A stretch of 62,758 bases of DNA, the filler included, from Nemertoderma westbladi (taxonomy: Eukaryota; Animalia; Xenacoelomorpha), in the NCBI GenBank assembly GCA_032718475.1. It is 3 parts of 3 records of this genome, joined end to end, with 100 filler letters (N's around TTAATTAATTAA, not from the genome) between each part and the next. Parts side by side here need not be neighbours in the genome. Positions count along the whole stretch, not along the records: positions 21,052 to 41,891 come from JAUCBJ010006107.1; positions 41,992 to 62,758 come from JAUCBJ010001050.1; 1 more part is not named here. One strand, written 5' to 3'. The notes beneath the pieces were generated by a model. The model was not told the origin of the DNA and did no database searches. It saw only the letters and a program-made list of their open reading frames with translations. A program made the position numbers and the translations under genes. Shown here piece after piece: positions 37,474-49,073 of this stretch (within the stretch, counting starts at the first letter, position 1; each line of letters starts with the position of its first letter).

Positions 37474-38734
37474 ACACGTTCGTGGGGACTTCGCGCAGCA
37501 CGTAGTCGGCAAGCCTTGGCATACGGTTCATATAGAGCAAATGGGGCATGTCTAGTTTGGACCCCATATCCCATGCTATAAATGTATTCATTCGATATAC
37601 AATCATATGTTAATCCGCTAGGTGGTGTCAAATTGTTATTCTGCAATTTCGTACTTACCAGTGCAGCACTGTACAGCAGTACCGTACCGGTAGGCCTATG
37701 TCATTACTTCTGAGTCTCTAGCGGATCCCCAATTAAATGTCTTAACTTTTCAATTTCGTAAAAGATAGACTTCATGATTCTCTACAGGCCACCAAAATTT
37801 CAGCTCAGGAAAATGAGGCCTTCCCGAGAAATTTAACATTTTCTAAAAACCACATAATCTGTCGTAGCTGACGTCAGACTGCATGATTTTTCACCAAACT
37901 TTACAAACTTTCTAAACTTTCTCTCTACTACTTACCTACTAAGTTTGGTTCAATTCCGAACGAGCGATGCCGAGAAATTCGCGTTCAAACATTTACCAGA
38001 CAGACGGACAGACAGACGGACATGCCCCATTTGCCCTATATGAACCGTATGCAAAGGCTCACCGACTACGTGTCTCGCCCCACATCGGCATAAGATGCGT
38101 TGGTGTTGTATCACACATCTCCACATATCACACATCTCCACATAGATGTATCAACAGTTACTCGCACAGTTTCGAAACTTTGCATAGTTATAACTGTATA
38201 AAGATCGTCAGTCTGCGTTTAGGAAAAATATTTTATGACAAAACAGGACAAGCGACGAGCGCAACGAGGCATATAATGAAGACGAGTACTGCGTTGACTA
38301 AATTATTATATAAACCACCTGGCTTCACATATTGATCGCATCCCTAGTTATTATTATTATAAAGAGCGTCAGCCTGCGTTTAATAAATATATTTTAATAC
38401 AAAACAGGTCGAACACAAAGAGGCTTATAATGAAGACGAGTACTGCATTGATTATATTCCTATAAATCACCTGGCTTTGCATATTGAACGTGCGATTGGA
38501 AATAAGTTCGTGCTACCCTTCCGTGGGTGGTAGATGTCGCGGTTATGTATTGGTGGTTAGGAAGGGTGGGGGGGGGGGGGGATTAAAAGGGGTGAACACG
38601 TACTGTCCCCCTTTCTTTGATTGATTGGTGGTGTGGGTAAATTTCTCAAAACCTGATTTTGTGATACAGTCGCTCAATTTTAATTTGTATATGATAACTA
38701 GGCCTCGTGCTGCGCAAAGGCCCCACGAACGTGT
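37474..38734. mobile_element. Non-autonomous element with terminal and subterminal inverted repeats (Helentron-like or TIR type)
   Basis: ACACGTTCGTGGGG...GCGCAGCACG inverted at 38706-38734; second IR 37499-37552 vs 38018-38072; (GACA/GACG)n microsatellite near 38000. Confidence 0.65.
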
Positions 38735-39939
38735 TTATACTGTATATAAAGTGTGTAGTGTTTAGACAATCTAAATCAAATTATAAAAGGAATCAATCCC
38801 GTTAATATAGTAGAACTACTGTACTGATGATATATTATCCAATAATCTGGATGGTCTTTTATATTATTCAATGGTAACACGAAAAAAATAATTAAAATTG
38901 GTTACTTTTATAATTTATTAAATCAATAATAAAGTTACATTACATAAAATACCTTTAATACCTGTAATTAAATTATTACAGGTTATTTATCTTGAGCGAA
39001 ACATGAATCCAATCAGCATATGATTACTACATACAAATAGTTTCGTTACGTTAACCTTCTCAGTAAGGTAAGTATTTCCGCTTCTACGTATTGTTTCAAT
39101 TCCAGTAACAAGTTAGGTAACTTTTATTTTAATTTCAATGCTTTCAAATGGTCCTATTTCCTTTTCCTTCAAGGGTTTCCAATAAGTTTTTCCCCACGTT
39201 CCAGTTAAATCCGCCCCTGGCTCGCAATACCAGTACTGACATCACGTATCCGTATGCCTGACCCAGGCTGTTAATTAATAAGAATGAGTTAATTGTTGAG
39301 GGGTGTTATCATATTGTCTTATTTATTTACATTGTATATTTAATGCACCATATTGTCTTATTTACATTGTATATTTAATACACCGCGTCACTTACCCCAC
39401 AACAATTCACTTATTATTATTAAAAATATAAATAGTCAGTCAGAGTGCCAGTGCCAGTGCCACTGCTATTGCGAGTGGCAGTCATAACCAGTGCCAGTCA
39501 CCTATCATCTATCGTTCTCTTCCAAGTAGGACACAGAAATATATTGATGACAGTGAAATATATCGTCCATTATTGATTACGACATTTTTTGTCAATGTGT
39601 GGCACCAAATATATAAGTAGAACTAATTTGTCAAACAAGAATCATTACGAAATAAACAAAATTTTATAAAATTAGAGATTTCTGGAGATGCTGATTATGA
39701 ATTTGGCACAAAAATATCGTATCGCATTCATTGTGTAAATTTTAGATAAATGCCATAGTGGCATAAGAAATGCAAGTAGCACATATTAAATATCCATAAA
39801 TCATTAAAAAATCAACCGGATTTAATTAGGTTTAGTTTAAACCATTTAGTTGAATTCGTATGTTGCTCCAAAAATTAAATTCAAATTTTAATACATGCCA
39901 ATCTGGAATGAAAAGTAGCACAAATCACAATATATGAAT

Positions 39940-40067
39940 TACAGTGCAATCTAAGGCTTCATAAGTTACTATAACTATATGAAATACAGTGCAATCTAAG
40001 GCTTCATAAGTTACTATAACTATATGAAATACAGTGCAATCTAAGGCTTCATAAGTTACTATAACTA
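39940..40067. repeat. 45-bp tandem repeat, about three copies
   Basis: TACAGTGCAATCTAAGGCTTCATAAGTTACTATAACTA at 39940, 39985 and 40030. Confidence 0.9.
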
Positions 40068-40094
40068 ACCTTAGCACAAATCACAATATATCAA

Positions 40095-40560
40095 TGAATG
40101 ATGCTAAAGATTCAGATGAAGACATTTGGCAATCTCTTCGACAACTTGCTAGGATACTTATTATAATGCGCAACAGACATGGCCAATATGGACATGGACA
40201 ATATTTCGGCGAATGATTTAATAAATCCAAAACATTTTGACAATGTTGTGCATTCTACAAAAACCTTGAATAATGTAACTCAACTCAAAGTTTGTTATGT
40301 TCTTCGGAAATTGGATAATTTAATCAGGTGTGACGCCATTAAATCGCAGAATGCAGAAATTCAAGCACTGGTAAACAACTTCATGTGACTGTACAAGTGG
40401 CATGTCAAAATCTCATCTTCTTCTTTGTATAGAATTAAGAAATCCCATTTTAATAAAGTTGATGAACTTCCACTTACAGAGGATATCCTTTCATTACACA
40501 ATTATATTAATGTAAAGATAAAATCAATATTGTTAATAGAACCATCAGAACAGGATAGTC
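40095..40560 (+). pseudogene. Degenerate fragment of a transposon-associated protein, possibly tyrosine-recombinase-linked
   Basis: LRQLARIL...INPKHFDNVV...W..KISS...NKVDELPLTEDI resembles a recurrent invertebrate/fish TE protein family as I recall it; has stops and frameshifts. Confidence 0.4.
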
Positions 40561-40984
40561 GAAACACTAAGTAATGAACCTAAAGTGCAGTGTTGTAAAA
40601 GTAGGGTTAAATAGAGATATTACAGCCCAAACCACAAGCGAAGTTATGGATTCGTTGTCAGACATTACAACAGCAGAATACCGTATTATGTATTTACTGT
40701 ATAATATAATGCATGATAGCCAGCAAGCAGCTCTGTTGTATATTGCAACAGATGGATGGTATACTATACTGTATCGAAAGCACAACACTAACTCTAACAA
40801 CACTCTGACAACACTAACTATTATAAATTATCATACACACAATATTTCAAGATGTAAATATTTTCATTGTAGAATCCAGTGACTGCTGTACAATATCTAC
40901 TGTAAAATCCCAACAATCGGGCCTAAATAATAGATACCAAAGTACACAAACTACTACTGGCGAGATCGGTGCCTGATGTCTTCC

Positions 40985-41850
40985 CCTAAACTTGGGCGAA
41001 TCAATTGCCCAAGCAGGACTTTGAGGGACTAAAGGAGACCGGGGTCGGAACCTCGGTAGAGGATAAGCAAGCAATACAGAGTGTGAAGGAGTCGATGAGA
41101 TGCGATGAGGGGCGGTACACCATAGGCATGGTGTGGAAACAGCCAAAACTACCGCTACCCGAGAACAAGGGGATGGTACTCACAAGGCTTCGCAAGCTGA
41201 ATCATACGCTGAAACGGAGCCCCAAAAAGGATGAGTACATCCATAAGACGATAAAGAAGTACGTCGAGAAAGGATGGGCTGTGGAGTTGCCGGTCGATGA
41301 ACCGAACACGGACAGGACCTACTACCTGCCACTTAATGTGGCCTTAGACCCAAATAAGGGTAAACTGCGGATGGTGGTTGACGCATCGGCTAAGGCCAAT
41401 GGCAAGAGCCTGAATGACTATCTGCTGGAGGGCCCCAATATCTCCAACTCGGGGATTGATGTCTTGTTTGAGATTTAGGAATGGGAGGCACGCCTTCACG
41501 TGCGACATAGAAGGCATGTTTAACCAAGTCCATGTGACGGAGGAGGACAGTGACAGCCAGCGCTTCCTGGTACAACGGCGATGAGGAGCCATCAACAATA
41601 CCGATGTATAAGATGGTGGTGCAGAACATGGGGGCCAAGTCATCCTCATTCATGACGACTATGGCTGTAAGAGATATAGTAGAGGGGAAAGAGAGGGAGT
41701 ATAGCGCTAGAGCGATCGATATGATTCGATGTGGCTTCTATGTAGACGATGGGATGGAAACTGGAAACACGGTTAAAGAATTTCTGGACACAGGGCATGA
41801 GGTTCGCGACATCCTGAAAGGATCCGGATTTAACCTGACCAAGTTCCAGT
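40985..41850 (+). pseudogene. BEL/Pao reverse-transcriptase fragment
   Basis: YYLPL, KLRMVVDASA, SLNDYLLEGP, DIEGMFNQV, FYVDD over two frameshifts. Confidence 0.85.
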
Positions 41851-41891
41851 GGCCCCAGTGGTAATAGGGTTAAGGTTGAGGCTATCTTCTC

Positions 41892-41991
41892 NNNNNNNNN
41901 NNNNNNNNNNNNNNNNNNNNNNNNNNNNNNNNNNNTTAATTAATTAANNNNNNNNNNNNNNNNNNNNNNNNNNNNNNNNNNNNNNNNNNNN
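41892..41991. other. Assembly gap with TTAATTAATTAA linker
   Basis: Same structure as the gap at 20952. Confidence 0.98.
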
Positions 41992-42251
41992 GTATTGCCC
42001 TTCGACGGGGGGTTCCATTGGCCAAAAGAGCTGGGAGGAAAATTCTTAAACAAGCAATACGAAAGGGGGTTCCCCAATTAAAAAAAACGGGGAAGAAATT
42101 AATAAATCAGGCTTTAGCGCGTTCTAAACCGTCGACCAGGGAAGTAGCGAACAAAATTATGGAGGAAGTTTTAAATAGTGAACAGAAGCAGTCAATAAAC
42201 GGACAACGTAAAAAAAGGAAACGACGGATTTGTCGCGATATTTTTAGCTAG
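41992..42251 (+). CDS. Maverick basic core/membrane-active protein (PM-like), 5'-truncated by the gap
   Basis: RRGVPLAKRAG start, Lys/Arg-rich, C-terminal RDIFS, directly upstream of the capsid gene. Confidence 0.7.
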
Positions 42252-42263
42252 TTAATCGGCAAA

Positions 42264-43517
42264 ATGGAGGATTTTGTTAATGAGGAACTTAATCTATTTA
42301 GTAGTATCGATTCACAGGATGCGATAGAAGAATGTTTTGAGCATGACGTTTTCCCAATTACAACGCTTGGGGAGGGTACTTCAATAATTGATTTTTCAAT
42401 TGAGAGGTCGGAAGATCATTATACTGTAGCCCAAGAAACAATTTTAGAATTAGTATATCGAGTTGTAACAACGGCGCGCCCAAACAATGCCGCGATACAT
42501 CAAACGCCGCTAAGTCTCGCAACACTCTTCTCTAATATTAGTGTTTTGATTAATGAGCGTGAAATAGAGAGTAATACCTCAAATTATGCATATAAAGCGT
42601 TTTTGAATAGTGTATTATTGAATGATACTGTTACCAAATCAACAATATTAGCTGCCGCGGGTTACGGCGAGCAAGATGAAGCGGGTCTCCCGGTGGAATT
42701 TGCAGCAGCGGAAGATTTACAAAGCAGACAATATCATGTTCAGGGTAGACTTTATATTGATCTTTTCAACCAAGTACGATTTTTACCTCCAAAAACCAGT
42801 ATAAAAATAAGGTTGACTAGGGCAGTTAATGAATTTAATCTAGTGTGCCCGGCTAATGTGGTTAGACCTCATATACTAATATCAAATGCTAAACTGAAAA
42901 TAAAACGAGCGAAACTAGATTCCCATTTACGTGAGCAACACGCTACTCAACTCAAAATCAGCGATTTCGTTTATCCTATTATTCAGAATGAAGTGACCTC
43001 GTTTACTATTGCTAATGGACAGCGTTCGATTGTTAGAGAAAATTTATTTACCAATAAGAACCTTCCCCGTTTTGTAGTTATTGCCCTCGTTCGCAATGAC
43101 ACCTATAATGGTAACTTATTAAGAAATTCGTTAATGTTTGAGCATTTCCATTGTAATTACCTACAGTTGACACTAGATGGCAAAGTTCTCGGAGGAATAA
43201 CCTATAAGCCTAATTTTAATAGTGGAGAGTTTATCAATGAATATTGCGCCCTCCAAAATAATTTATTATCGATAACACGTGGTACGAGTAATGGGATAAC
43301 ACCAAATCAGTTTCGAGATCGTTATCCTTTCTTTATCTGGAATCTTTCACCTAGTGGTCATCTGGATGATGATGAAAGACCAATGCATCGTTTTGGGAAT
43401 GCGAGGCTTGAAATTTCATTTGGTCATGCATTAGGAGCTACAATAAATGTTATAATGTGGGCAGCATACGATAGAACGATAAATATTAGTGAAAGTGGGG
43501 CAGTATCAATATTCTAG
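42264..43517 (+). CDS. Maverick/Polinton double-jelly-roll major capsid protein
   Basis: 417 aa; ELNLF, TLFSNISVLIN, NYAYKAFL, DLFNQVRFLP, IKIRLTR, LPRFVVIALV, GNARLEISF. Confidence 0.88.
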   Translation: MEDFVNEELNLFSSIDSQDAIEECFEHDVFPITTLGEGTSIIDFSIERSEDHYTVAQETILELVYRVVTTARPNNAAIHQTPLSLATLFSNISVLINEREIESNTSNYAYKAFLNSVLLNDTVTKSTILAAAGYGEQDEAGLPVEFAAAEDLQSRQYHVQGRLYIDLFNQVRFLPPKTSIKIRLTRAVNEFNLVCPANVVRPHILISNAKLKIKRAKLDSHLREQHATQLKISDFVYPIIQNEVTSFTIANGQRSIVRENLFTNKNLPRFVVIALVRNDTYNGNLLRNSLMFEHFHCNYLQLTLDGKVLGGITYKPNFNSGEFINEYCALQNNLLSITRGTSNGITPNQFRDRYPFFIWNLSPSGHLDDDERPMHRFGNARLEISFGHALGATINVIMWAAYDRTINISESGAVSIF

Positions 43518-43565
43518 AATAATTTGAAAGAGTGAAGCAAACAAGTGTAAATCAATTTCTAGAAA

Positions 43566-43985
43566 ATGTTAAACTCTAACGATTTAAACAATTTCCCCTT
43601 AGGGGAACATTATCAGGGGTCTTTTCCTATAAATCGCCTACCCAATAAGCAGAATAAAAAAATGAGTTTCATATCAAATACTCAAGCGGCTCATTTACCC
43701 GGGATGCATTGGGTTGCAATTTTCGTAGACTGTGACCGTGGTGAATATTTTGATTCATTCGCGCGATATCCACCCCCGCAAATCGAGGACTGGTTGCTAC
43801 GTAATACTAAAAAGTGGTTTAGAACGAGGCAGATTGTTCAACACCCGCTGCGAACTAGTTGTGGGGGTTATTGTTTATTTTATTTATATGAAAGAGGAAA
43901 AACTTCTACTCCATTAAATTTTTTTGGGGAAGATTTAAATAAAAATGAGAGACTGCTCGCCTGCTGGTTGAAGGAAAAAATCTAA
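43566..43985 (+). CDS. Adenain-like cysteine protease (virion maturation)
   Basis: NT...PGMHWVA, EYFDSF, Q.....SCGGYCLFYL catalytic His/Asp/Gln/Cys set. Confidence 0.9.
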   Translation: MLNSNDLNNFPLGEHYQGSFPINRLPNKQNKKMSFISNTQAAHLPGMHWVAIFVDCDRGEYFDSFARYPPPQIEDWLLRNTKKWFRTRQIVQHPLRTSCGGYCLFYLYERGKTSTPLNFFGEDLNKNERLLACWLKEKI

Positions 43986-44989
43986 ACTTTAATTTTTATA
44001 AATTATATTAAATTATGTGTTACTTGTTAAGTGTTTTATGTTCATTATTGAGTGTGTTATATATCATAAATGTTATAATGTATTATCATAGAGAAAAAAA
44101 TGAAAAATAACCGGTTAAACATCTTATATTTTTTAAACAATATGGGGAAACAAGAATAAATAATTTACCAACAACATCAATATTAAATAATATAACAACA
44201 ACGGATAAATAATTTACCATCAACATTAACAATAAATAATATAAGAACATCAACAATAACAAAAGATATAGTCAGAACAGTTTTTATTAAATAGAGACTG
44301 TTTATATTAATAGGGTTGCTGGTCTCCGCGAGTAACGCTTGGTTTAACCCTTTTTCAGGAGAAAGATGCCTTCTCTGAGAGAACGTTTTAGTAAATAGGT
44401 CTGGTGCAAAAGAAAGGGATTAGTAGAGAGGATTGCGTGTTTAGAGGCGCTTCATTGTTATGATACCGGCTGCCTGGATATAGGAAAGGGACAAAGCGAC
44501 GTCGGCTATAGTGGGAACAATGGAGGGCCGCTAGAGCATTAGCCTTGGGCGACATAGGGATTTGCTGTAGTCAAGGCCGCCTGGCGCCATTGAATAATGA
44601 AGACAAAGGGGCTGCTAACAGATGGGACCGCTCATTTATATTTGCCTTGGGGGTATACGTGTAGATTCACTGCCTGTTGTATCTAGTTAATGAATAATGA
44701 GGACAGAGGAGGGGCCCCCGCCGATGAACGCAGTTGATAGTTGCCAGTAGGGAGCCGTATACCATAGCCATTATAAAGTTAAAAATAGATATTATGTCAT
44801 AGTGATCTCATTGGTAATATAAAAACTAATTAATCTAAAAATAGAAATCAATGTATAAAGTAAAAGTAATATATACAATTAATTAATTTAAAATAAAGTA
44901 CAAATGAATAAATAGAAGTACAAATAAAATACAAATAATTAATTAAAATTAAATATAAATAAATAGGTATTAATGAATAAAAGAGCTGC

Positions 44990-45325
44990 GGTGTCACTTA
45001 TGACACCCTCTTCCCCCTTCTCTGCGACAGTTGGACATCACTGATGACCCATTGTGTGTCAGGGCGCTAATCAGTCTGATTAATTAGGATAATCAATTAA
45101 ACCCTAATTAGGAGTCATATGACACCTGTTAGGGTTTAATTATACTAATTAATTGATGACACCTGTCAATTAGGGTCTAATTAGCCTAATTGGGAGGTGT
45201 CACCCAGACAGTCTGGCGCCAATGACACCCAATGACACCCATAGGGTGATAATTGGGTGTCATATGACACCCAATGGGTGTCAGTTAGGTCCAACTGTCA
45301 CAGAGAGGAGGAAGACCCTACTACT
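44990..45325. repeat. Palindromic terminal repeat region of the Maverick
   Basis: TCTCTGCGACAGTTGGAC (~45019) inverted at GTCCAACTGTCACAGAGA (~45289); many TGACACC/GGTGTCA motifs. Confidence 0.7.
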
Positions 45326-45435
45326 ATTATAGTTTATTATTTTTTGCTTATATTTTTGCTAATATTTGCTTTTTTATGCTTTTTTGCTAATATTTGCCTT
45401 TGCTAATATTGATAACTTTGGACACTCCTTGCAAC

Positions 45436-46460
45436 TTAGGCAATGGTAGCGGTCTTCGCATGATTGTTTGCAGTATTTGCATAAGCAGTCCTCGCATAAC
45501 CTGTGGAAAGATTTATGATTGGTGCAAAGCAAGAAGTGAAAACCGTGTGAAGTTGTGCGGGTAATAACGTGTCTATTGGTCTGATTTGCCCGTTTCCAGC
45601 TGTTTGATGTGAAGCATATGAATATGATTCGTTGGCAAAGTATAGTTCTCGTTCCTCTCGGTAAACACGATATGCAGCCACTGCATCATTGTTAAATATT
45701 ACAGGAAATCGCTGTAAAATTGATTCTGTAAATGTTTCTTGTTGAACAAGTTTTAAAACCATAGTCGATGATGTTGATTTGTGTACTGAGAGCTTTTGTT
45801 TTATAAAAGCAGTTTTTATCTTGTCGATTTCATGAAGATGAGCTGTAGTCAAATATTTCCCGATTGCAGCGAAAGAGTACATATGTTACCATTGGGTCGA
45901 TTTTAGAGTTAAAGATTTTGATACCAGTTTCTATGGAGAGTAGGGGGAGATGTCTAAGAGATCCGATTATGCCTTTTGCCTTTTGTTTCTTAGTTGAAAT
46001 ACGGTTTGTGAACATGAGCGAGTGTTGTAGAATAGCACCGAGGTATTCATAGCTGTTAGTAAAGTTGACTGGTTGGGAATCGTATGTAAATTTATCAGTT
46101 TCACGGAGGGCACGGATATATGGAAACAAATTTGCCATGATCGTCAGCGAGTAGATAAGGGTCTGTTTGAGTGCAGATGTTCGGTAGGTCGTTCGATTCT
46201 ACTAGAATAGCAATGTTGCTAGAATATTTCCTTGCGGAGTTCCGCTGTCAACATCTTTAATTTTTGACTCTGCATCCCCAACTTTAACTGATTGAGTTCT
46301 ATCTGATAGATAGCTACGTATTATTTCTCATAGTTTCCCCCCGAATTCCTAATTTTCATAACTTTTGTAACGCTGAACTATGAGATATAGAATCAAAAGC
46401 TTTTTGAAAGTTTTAAAGTCTAGATAAATTATTTCTATTGTGGAATTGTGGCGACTGCGT
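45436..46460 (-). pseudogene. Degenerate non-LTR retrotransposon RT and C-terminal fragments
   Basis: YEYLGA, GVDSGTPQG-like, YLLADD, IYLDF...FDS pieces in mixed frames. Confidence 0.65.
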
Positions 46461-46544
46461 GAGGTAAAATAATATAATAAAATAATAAACTTATTTTATT
46501 CTTTAAAACTCCGTTTGTACATAGAATATATAACGCACAGAGTC

Positions 46545-48772
46545 AGCAAAACAAACAACTACAACAACAACAACAACAACTATTGTTTATGCATTATTAT
46601 ATAGAACAAATAAAAATAAAATACGGTACCCCAACCTAGGATATCTCAGACTACCAGTTGTTGATATATCAGGCTAATTTGTTTTCAATTCGATGTTACT
46701 TCCTCAAGGTTGTATTGCTTCCTATATAAATTATTATGAATATTAGTTATGAATTGTTTGTATTGATGCGTTTACCTTATGTCGGTAAAGAGTTCCACAT
46801 TGTTATATCCCAATGTTATAATGTAATATCCCACACATTCGTATTCCAGAATCCATGATGCTGTTAAACCTATGTATATCTGTTATACTTGTTTTCGGAA
46901 TTTTGATGCAATATGTACGTTTGTTAAATATGTTTTTGTTATTGGTTATGATTTTGAGAAAAGGTAATTGTAGTATTTTTTAGGGGATTAACAAAAATTA
47001 TAAACGTATTGGTAATAAAATTAGAAAAAGTAATATTCTCGCTGTGATTGTAAATCAAGGTAGTTTTGCAGCAGTTCGAAGTTCCGTACCAGTCCAGCCT
47101 GTCCTTAAGTTTCTTGCTGTATACAATCCGTACTCCATGGTTTTGTATTTTGTCTAGTTCTAGTCCGTAAAGTAGATTTTTGTAACCATGTTGTGTTGAG
47201 TGTAGGGGTGCAAGAAGCTCACAGTAGTAGTTGTGGTTAGGTAAGACGAGGGCCTTGTATAAGTTGAGCTTTGTTTTTAGTGGTAGTTGTCCCTTTATTT
47301 GTCATATTATAGAAACTGAGTGTGTGATTTCTTCAGAAATTTTTTTAATCTGTAGTTTCCAATCAAACTTATTGTTGATATAAGTTCCTAAGTATTTAAT
47401 GTGTTGTTGTTGTGTAATAGGAGTTGATACTGGGTCTAGAACGATTTTAATTTCGTAAATTGCTGTGGTACGTGTAGTTGGTGATAATAAGAGGAATTCC
47501 GTTTTGTCTGGGTTAAGTTTCAGTTTAAGTGAGGCAAATTTATCTTGAATGTTAAAAATACGTTTGCTAAGTGTTTCTATTATGGCTGTTGTTGGATTAG
47601 GTTCTGAAACAAATATTAATGTGCCATCCGCATACAGTACAATGTCTAGTTTTTGCGTAAGGGATATCTTGTTTACGTATATTAGGAACATCAGTGGTCC
47701 TGAGAGAGTCCCTTGCGCAACCCTCTTGTCAGTGTGTCCCATTCTGAATATGTCCCATTAACCTTAACTCTCGGCGTTCGAACTATAGAGTAACTAGCTA
47801 ATAGTCGAACGGCTGTAGAATGAAATCCAAACTCTTGTAATTTTGTTATCATTATATTATGGTCCAGGGAGTTAAAAGCCTTAAGCCCCGTTCACATCCA
47901 ACGGTGCGTGAGCGGCCTGGCGTGAGTAGTCTGGCGGTATTGAAGCGGTAAGACAGCGGTACACTACCCGGAGCCCGTTCACACCCAACGGTACCATTGT
48001 GGTAACTGATGTCTATCTGTGGACTGTGAATTCAACAGGAAATTACATTAATTGTTTTAACATTGTTTAAATGGGCTGCGGTAAACCGCGCGGTTTAGCG
48101 CACAATTACCTGTTGGGTCGTTCACAGTCAGCGGTGTACCGTTCCGTTGGATGGAGCGGGCCTTTAGGCAGGTCAATGGAGGCTACTTTTTGGTCTAATT
48201 CAGCGCGCCATTTCTCTGTAGCATATATAATAGCATCACGAGTGGAATATGATTTGCAAAAGCCAAATTGCTTTATATTTAGTATTTTATTTTTATTTAG
48301 ATATTTTAACATTTGGACATATAAAATTTTTTCGAATATTTTAGAGATCGTGGAGGTGACTGAAATTGGTCTATGATTTTCCGGGTCGTCCTTTTGCCCC
48401 TTTTTGAAAACTGGTGTCACGTCTGCCATCTTAAGTCTCCATGGAAAGTCGGATTTAGTAATACATTGATTAATAATATAAGTTAATGGTAAAACTATTT
48501 TATCGCCGAGTAATTTTATGATATTTGGGGGAATTTTAGATGGGCCTGAAGATTTGTTTATTTTGATTTTTTTATATTATTCCGGCTATTTCAAATTCGT
48601 TGGTATTTTCAAAACTAAAATTAACATATTTGTATTGGATATATTTGTTGTTTTATGTTGCTTGGATACCTGATTATTCAATTTCCCCATGTCTATGTAG
48701 GTTTTGTTGAATAGATTCGCGATTGAATTGGGTCTGATATCGTTTGTTTATTTCTATTATTAAATAGACTTT
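46545..48772 (-). mobile_element. Degenerate LINE (CR1/L2-like) ORF2 3' part with microsatellite tail
   Basis: RPISVT, KQFGF, IDLPKAFNSLDH, AQGTLSGPLMFLIYVN, YAD, KYLG; (CAA)n at 46555-46580; continues at 55337 beyond the Copia. Confidence 0.8.
47884..48163. mobile_element. PIF/Harbinger-type MITE, TTA TSD
   Basis: AGCCCCGTTCACATCCAACGG / CCGTTGGATGGAGCGGGCCT TIRs; removal restores the LINE motif IDLPKAF. Confidence 0.85.
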
Positions 48773-49073
48773 GAACTTATTAGAAAACAATTTATAACTG
48801 TGTCTCAAACAACCTTTTAATCGAAACATAAAATCGCTTTTCAAACTAGAAATAATATATCGTACAGTAAGTTACATTAACAGCTGATAGTCCATTTGAG
48901 TTTAGAAGACAAACAAACGCCCATCACCAATATACATAGAGATATTACAAAACAGAACAATATTAGATTTGTGCAATACAGTTTGGCAGAGTACTTGACG
49001 AACCAATAATAAAATATTTCCAACACTTCCCCTCGTCAAGTACGTCAGTTTATCTTGAGATCTGAGATGAAAT

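Larger units (their letters stand above)
41992..45325 (+). mobile_element. Right arm of a Maverick/Polinton (adintovirus-like) endogenous virus
   Basis: Core-capsid-protease gene block, then a palindromic terminal region ending CTACTACT (AGTAGTAG on minus). Confidence 0.85.

Noticed and set aside
39940-40067. CRISPR-like appearance of short repeats (also 26936-27035 and 35900-36700)
   Set aside because: Head-to-tail repeats without unique spacers, no cas genes, eukaryotic context
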